Shown here: in pieces, positions 58,791 to 64,000 of the stretch
How the letters are laid out: the number at the start of each line of letters is the position of its first letter
Position numbering within the stretch: position 1 is the stretch's first letter
Origin: Amoebophrya sp. A120
Lineage: Eukaryota > Protista > Dinoflagellata
Assembly: GCA_905178155.1 (NCBI GenBank)
Contig: CAJINV010000017.1
Span: 674,722-738,721 of the forward strand
Length of the DNA: 64,000 nt
Reading direction: 5' to 3'
The notes under the pieces: generated by a model
What the model was told of the DNA's origin: nothing
Seen by the model: the letters and a program-made list of their open reading frames with translations, nothing else
The model's database searches: none
Position numbers and translations under genes: made by a program

Positions 58791-60138
58791 TAGAAGGCTA
58801 CTTACTTGGGAATGACAAAAATGTTGGGGCCACTGCGACCGCTCGGGTTGCATCGCGAAGTCATGATGAACGAGCTTGGCTTTACCTGTGCGACGCTTCT
58901 CGACATACATAGTTAGTCCCTGCTGTCGTGCGTTTTGCAGCTTCTTCAGGTGCGTAGTATTGCTGCGCAGGCACGGCGCGAAGATGACCTTGCTGAAGAA
59001 TCCATTTTTTCGTTTTTATAGTACGAGGAGATAAACCACCTGACAAATCAGATCATCGGTTCGGGTATGCATGGGGAACACTTATTTTAGCACTTTTTGT
59101 AGATGCGCGCTCTTGATGTCGCGTTCGCATACTCGCAATAGAAATAGTGCGTTGCTGGCGAAGAAAGGGGCGCTTCTTCTCCTACTGCCGTGCTCGACTT
59201 ACGACTTCCAGAACATCACTGCATCGAGCTGCTCGCGCTCTTTGTGTCAACATTAATTGCTGCGCTTTCCTTTCAGAAAGAAAAGCTACCGACTGGGGTC
59301 GCAGCTAATTTTTCCACTCGATCCGGGAAGCAAGGCCAAGGGTCATTGATTTATGACCCTCTTATCTTGTCTGCGGGCTTTGGGGCCTGTGACTGTGTCT
59401 CTCGATCCGTCTCTCCCTTTTGAGTAGGGTCAGCTGCTGGGCCGGCCAGCAGCTGGCAGTACTGTTCCTTTTGGCTGTTGAAATTGCGCTACTGTTCGTG
59501 GCTCCGTGCTGTGTTTTGCTTTGCGGCTGGCTGCGTAAAGGCTTTGCGGCTTGCTCCGCAAAGCAAAACCAGAATCAAAACGCGCAAGACCATTGCTTGA
59601 CAGCTATTGGAAAGTAGACCTTCGGGACTCTGGATTTTTGATTCCGAGATGCCCAGGCGAAGCTTGGCCATCTATTTCGCACGAGCGCAGGGGCAGGCGT
59701 GCCTGCTGAGGCCGTCGCAGCTAGGCTGGTGGTCCATTTTTTGGTGGGCTGTTTACCTGCGGCGGAGCTCCTGGACGAGGGTCTGAAGATATCACAAAAA
59801 TTTCTTTTGTGATATCTCGAGAAAAAAATTGCAGCGTAGGAGAAGAAGATAGAAACGCGGCGCCTGAAAGAGGATGATGTTACTACAACAAAAGAATCAC
59901 ATCCGAAAGCGCGTCGTGAAAGTTTCGCATCGCTGCTCAACATCTAACTGTGTACTAGAAATGTTCCCTGTGCATACCCGAAGACGACAAGCGCGCGCTC
60001 GCGCTGCTGGAAGCTGTCAAGCTCGAGAACAAAAAGCAAAACGAATCGCAAAAAAAGCTGGTGGCTGCTCCCGCCATTCTTTCGAAGCTTGTCCCGCTTG
60101 TCCGTTCGAAACTACAAAATCATTCCGTGGGCGGTGTG

Positions 60139-62160
60139 ATGAACAATAGAGCACCCGGGGCCGCCGTCGCAACATCTGCTTCACAAAATGCTAGTAGTAC
60201 ACAACTGAACACCAATAATCTTTCGAAGTTGATTGTGCCCACGAGGACCGCCGTAGCTGCGCGGCCTTCTTTGAAACCGGCTTCCCGGGCTCTTTTACAA
60301 AAGTTCACTTTGCAAAAAGCGCTGAAGCCGCTGCCGACGGTGGGTCGTGTGTCCGGTGGCGGGGCAACAACTTTTGCTACAGGAGCTCCACCTGGTGTCC
60401 TCGTCCGGAAGGGCAACGACAAGACCAGCCCGTTGCAAAAAAAACTGCTTCGCGCCCAGCAAGTTGCGTCTTCAAACAAATTATTGGGCGTTTCTGGTGC
60501 TATTTTAGGGACGAACAAGGGCAGGGAGAATGCGAATCCTGTCCTTGGGAGTAAGATCATCAATCCGCTGCAGCAAAGGCGCGTTGCCTTGCGGGAGATC
60601 CTGGAACGCGCAGGGGTGCTAGCGGGCCGGGGAGGCCGTGGCCCACCTGCTCGGGTGGATAGCGACACTGTTCGGGCAACCGCGAACGCGAAAACCCGCA
60701 CGATCAGAATTGCCACTGGTGGTGGTCAGGTAGGAGTTGTGCCCAAAAATCAAAATGCACCGGGTACCAACATCAATGACGCGGCTACGACTGGCAGAAG
60801 CCTCTTCTCCGGTCCTCCGCAAGGGAACACAGGTCTAAACGATAATCAAGCTGCTTCACGTGTTGTTGTACCACCAGCGCCAAATCGTGGAAATAACATC
60901 AAACCGGCAGCATCTGATCGCCGAGTACATCAGGCCGCGTGGAACAAGGACAACGCAGGCAGTAAACCTGGTTCCCTCAACCTCTTTTCCAATTTCAACG
61001 CGCATCAGAAAACGTTGGCCGACGGCAGTCATCTGTCACCTGCGGGGACCAATACAACCTACTCAGCGTTCTCCGGCGCACAAACTACCCATACGGAAAA
61101 AGGAAGTATCAAGACAAATACCAGTAACGGGCCGGTCCTCTCCGTGCAAGATCGTAAAAACGGCCCGGCAACGTTGAGTAGAGCAAGAACTTCTACACCG
61201 AACTCGTTATTTGTCCCGCAAATTAATACTACAAGCGGGGCACCTGTTCCTCGTGCGGCGAACAAAAGTCATCAAGTTGCTTCCACTACGGCCACGTCGG
61301 CTAATTATAGTAACGCCAAGCAGAGCCAGAGGCAGCAGGTCCGGGCACCAGAGAAGAATCATCCGCGGACGCTGGAGGAACTGAATGCGCAGATCGCCGC
61401 CGCAGCGGCAGGGGGAAAGGCATCGAATAAACCAGTGTCGAATAAGGCAGTTGTTGCAAACAACGGCACAGGCAATAAGATTCAAAACCCGGCGTGGCAC
61501 CAGCCGCAGAAACAAGAGCAACAGGCTGGTATTTTTAACGTCGAAATAAACAAGAGGAATTTGAACGTGGTCAAGGCGCAACCACGACCTGTCGTGCCAC
61601 CTCCATCGCAAAATAAGCTCGTGCAAGAACACTATCGGAACGAAAGCGTGTCGCCGGATGTACTGCTGAACGTTGTGACGCCGGACGAGTACAACCCTTT
61701 CGCCCCGAAGCCGCGCGTCGCGGTTCCCGGGGGGCCGACCGCCAAGGCAAGACCAACCACAAGCGCGTTCGACGACAGGAAGAACAACCTCCACGGTGGC
61801 ATTGATAGTCCGAGCAGGAATAAACTCATTCCCTTCATCGGCGCAGGACAGAACGGGCAACAGCTACACCCACAGCAGCTCCAAAGTAGTCGTGCTGGTA
61901 ATCATGGCAAGTCGTCTCTATTTCAGGGAGCAAGAAGTAACAAAGTCGGCGGCGCAAGTTTGTTCGCAGGGAAAGCCTCAGCGCCGCCTGCAGGAGTGAA
62001 AAAAACGAGTAATCCTATGAAAGACCACAAGGCTGGAGGTAGAGGAGCTGTTTCGCAGAACAACAACAATCCTAATCAACAGAAGCGACCCCATGGTAAG
62101 TTAATACCCCTTGCGCTTGCAGGTCGTGGAGCAAATATAGCAAATCATGCACGGGCATGA
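60139..62160 (+). CDS. Hypothetical basic, intrinsically disordered protein
   Basis: Uninterrupted ORF of more than 670 codons, rich in A/N/G/P/K; first ATG at 60139. Confidence 0.6.
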   Translation: MNNRAPGAAVATSASQNASSTQLNTNNLSKLIVPTRTAVAARPSLKPASRALLQKFTLQKALKPLPTVGRVSGGGATTFATGAPPGVLVRKGNDKTSPLQKKLLRAQQVASSNKLLGVSGAILGTNKGRENANPVLGSKIINPLQQRRVALREILERAGVLAGRGGRGPPARVDSDTVRATANAKTRTIRIATGGGQVGVVPKNQNAPGTNINDAATTGRSLFSGPPQGNTGLNDNQAASRVVVPPAPNRGNNIKPAASDRRVHQAAWNKDNAGSKPGSLNLFSNFNAHQKTLADGSHLSPAGTNTTYSAFSGAQTTHTEKGSIKTNTSNGPVLSVQDRKNGPATLSRARTSTPNSLFVPQINTTSGAPVPRAANKSHQVASTTATSANYSNAKQSQRQQVRAPEKNHPRTLEELNAQIAAAAAGGKASNKPVSNKAVVANNGTGNKIQNPAWHQPQKQEQQAGIFNVEINKRNLNVVKAQPRPVVPPPSQNKLVQEHYRNESVSPDVLLNVVTPDEYNPFAPKPRVAVPGGPTAKARPTTSAFDDRKNNLHGGIDSPSRNKLIPFIGAGQNGQQLHPQQLQSSRAGNHGKSSLFQGARSNKVGGASLFAGKASAPPAGVKKTSNPMKDHKAGGRGAVSQNNNNPNQQKRPHGKLIPLALAGRGANIANHARA

Positions 62161-63078
62161 ACATAATCTTTTCGTACTCTCGAGCTGATCCGCTTGGGAG
62201 ATGAACTTCAACTTGTACTTGGCGAGTGTTGATGAAATGCAAAAGTCAAAGTCTTTTTTGAAGAAAGCACCTGGATCAGTGCTGAATGGTAATTTTTCGT
62301 TTGCAACATCACGAGTCGTTTCAACTTCGCCATGTATGTCCTTATCTCGGAGACTTTTTTACAAACACCACGGCCAAAAACTTGCTCATTCTAGACACAA
62401 AAACCCACTGGAAAAAAACAAAAAAAAATATGCTGTGGAGAGCCAGGGGCGTTTGCGGTTGCCTCATCACCAGCGGGAAAAAACGCCACCACAACTGCTG
62501 TTCACGTTTTGCTTGTGTAGTAAGTACTCCACTATATTATGTCCCGTATCGGTCTCGTGTCCTTCCTGCCAGTCGCTCATATTGATCTTGAATTTTCTTG
62601 CAAGACGGTGGAGATCAAAGTTTGACTCGGGATCCGATCGTGCTGTCTGCGGGTTCAATCCTTGTTTGTGGTTCGAACGTTTTTTTCGAAGGATTTTCTG
62701 GATCGTGTGAAAGAAATGACCTTTTGATGGAGAGGGTTCCTTTCTCTATGTTGAGTAAATGAGCATTCTGAGAGCAGAAATTGCAGGCGTGCTTTTCATT
62801 TGAAGTCGCCCTGTGCGTTGTTGAGGGTTAACGAGGGAAGATCTATTGAAAGCGATCTGGTGGAGGTGGCGCATTCTTGTTATCCAAAGCAGTTTCTGGT
62901 TACTCAAGACGTTCGGGCAACGTTTTGAAAAGGAAATCGAAGCTGATATGGAAGACCTGGTAGTTGTGGTGTTGACCACTGCTGAGGTGTGTTGTTGGCA
63001 TTTGTGGTTGAGCTTGCAGCTGCTGACTTGTTTTGCTTTGAGGAGTATATGTTGAAAGATCGATGCAGATCTTTCACG

Positions 63079-64000
63079 ATGATGGCGACATGTTTCATCG
63101 AGTTTCTATTTTCTGTTTTTCCAGCACGACGCCTCCGCAAAATAGTACTAGTTTCAGGCTGGAGCATCAGTATTCTGCTCGTCTTCGTGCCCGGCGCAAA
63201 AGCAGTATTTCCTACTAGCTGGCTTGCACCACGACCAGCAGCTTCTACTTCCGGCCGTCCCAGTGCTAGTAGTAGCGGAACAGCCTTTTCCTCGGCCTTG
63301 TTTTCTCCGAGCACTCGGCCTCATCATGTTGACGGCGGCAGCACCAGGCTGCACGAGGATCTGTGTATTCCGGTGCTTTTCTGCACCACGGGCGCCCCGG
63401 TGCTCGTGGAGGATGCTGCAGACCCACCATCAAGTTCCGACAAGAATAACAATTGTCGAGTCCATGCAGGTCTCGACGCGGAACAACTACATCAGGCTGC
63501 GCGAGGCGCCGTTCCGATCAGCAGTACCACTTTGGGCGAGCTAAAGAAGAAAATAGAAGCGAAAACTGGCGTTCCGGCGACCCGGACGAGATTGCTTCTG
63601 GCCGGGAAGGACGGCGTGGTGTTGCGCGATGATGATGATGGTGTCTTTCAGGAGAGTTCTTCTACTACCTCCATGAGAACCAATGTCGCAGACGATTGGA
63701 CGATAGCGCGATGGATCCGCGAAGCGCAAGGTAGAAGTTCCAATGCCGAGGACGACCGGGGGAGAAGGAGGTCGCAGCCAGCAGTAATGTTGCAGGAGAA
63801 CCATCAAGAAATTATGGGCGGTGACGAAGAGCAGCTTTCTTTTCGTCCGCAAGACGGCGGCGTCGGAAGTAGTCGTGCGGCACGGGGACGAGGAAGTAGA
63901 GCCGCTGAAGGTCGTGGAGGAAATAACTCGCGCGTGTACAGCCATGCAAGCGAAGATGACGACACGGACACAAGTTCCCCACCAGACGCTGCTGGGTGTA
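63079..64000 (+). CDS. Partial gene: hydrophobic leader plus ubiquitin-like domain, open at the window end
   Basis: Stop-free frame from 62947 to the end (absent from the ORF track); STTLGELKKKIEAKTGVPATRTRLLLAGKDGVVLRDD at about 63523-63633 resembles the Ubl fold. Confidence 0.6.
   Translation, partial: MMATCFIEFLFSVFPARRLRKIVLVSGWSISILLVFVPGAKAVFPTSWLAPRPAASTSGRPSASSSGTAFSSALFSPSTRPHHVDGGSTRLHEDLCIPVLFCTTGAPVLVEDAADPPSSSDKNNNCRVHAGLDAEQLHQAARGAVPISSTTLGELKKKIEAKTGVPATRTRLLLAGKDGVVLRDDDDGVFQESSSTTSMRTNVADDWTIARWIREAQGRSSNAEDDRGRRRSQPAVMLQENHQEIMGGDEEQLSFRPQDGGVGSSRAARGRGSRAAEGRGGNNSRVYSHASEDDDTDTSSPPDAAGC

Noticed and set aside
3425-63945. Numerous minus-strand ORFs (e.g. 3425-4270, 13202-14173, 23046-24062, 60120-60716)
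   Set aside because: Antisense shadows of GC3-rich + strand genes with no independent motifs.
1-64000. tRNA, rRNA, snRNA or relict dinoflagellate spliced-leader (CCGTAGCCATTTTGGCTCAAG) sequences
   Set aside because: None recognised by eye; a covariance-model scan would be needed to exclude divergent copies.

Overview
Eukaryotic (alveolate) genomic DNA with about 17 protein-coding genes, all on the + strand except a partial gene at the left edge. Recognisable products are a METTL21-type methyltransferase, aspartate kinase, PUS7, a BART-domain protein, four tandem longin R-SNAREs (VAMP7-like), a MORN-repeat protein, a BMT5/DUF2431 methyltransferase, two coiled-coil proteins, a signal-peptide-bearing divergent kinase-like protein and a partial ubiquitin-like-domain protein. 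The dominant hidden feature is 21 (+1 ambiguous) non-canonical introns that are miniature DNA-transposon-like elements (introners) with one geometry: exon[4 nt]|N-TAT...terminal inverted repeat...ATA-[4 nt]|exon, i.e. a 5-bp target-site duplication straddling both junctions. Removing each by that rule restores the frame and, where homologues or paralogues exist, the conserved motifs, whereas nearby GT-AG pairs often frameshift. As I recall the literature, this signature (IRs starting TAT, about 7 nt, then AAA; DR 4+1) matches the introners described in the parasitic dinoflagellate Amoebophrya strain A120; the taxon call is an inference. Additional observations: paralogue empty-site evidence for insertion after duplication, a TGTCATGC motif shared across TIR families, a second TIR element nested in one introner, and R-SNAREs with Asn/His at the zero layer. 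All splice models were made by eye and need RNA-seq confirmation.
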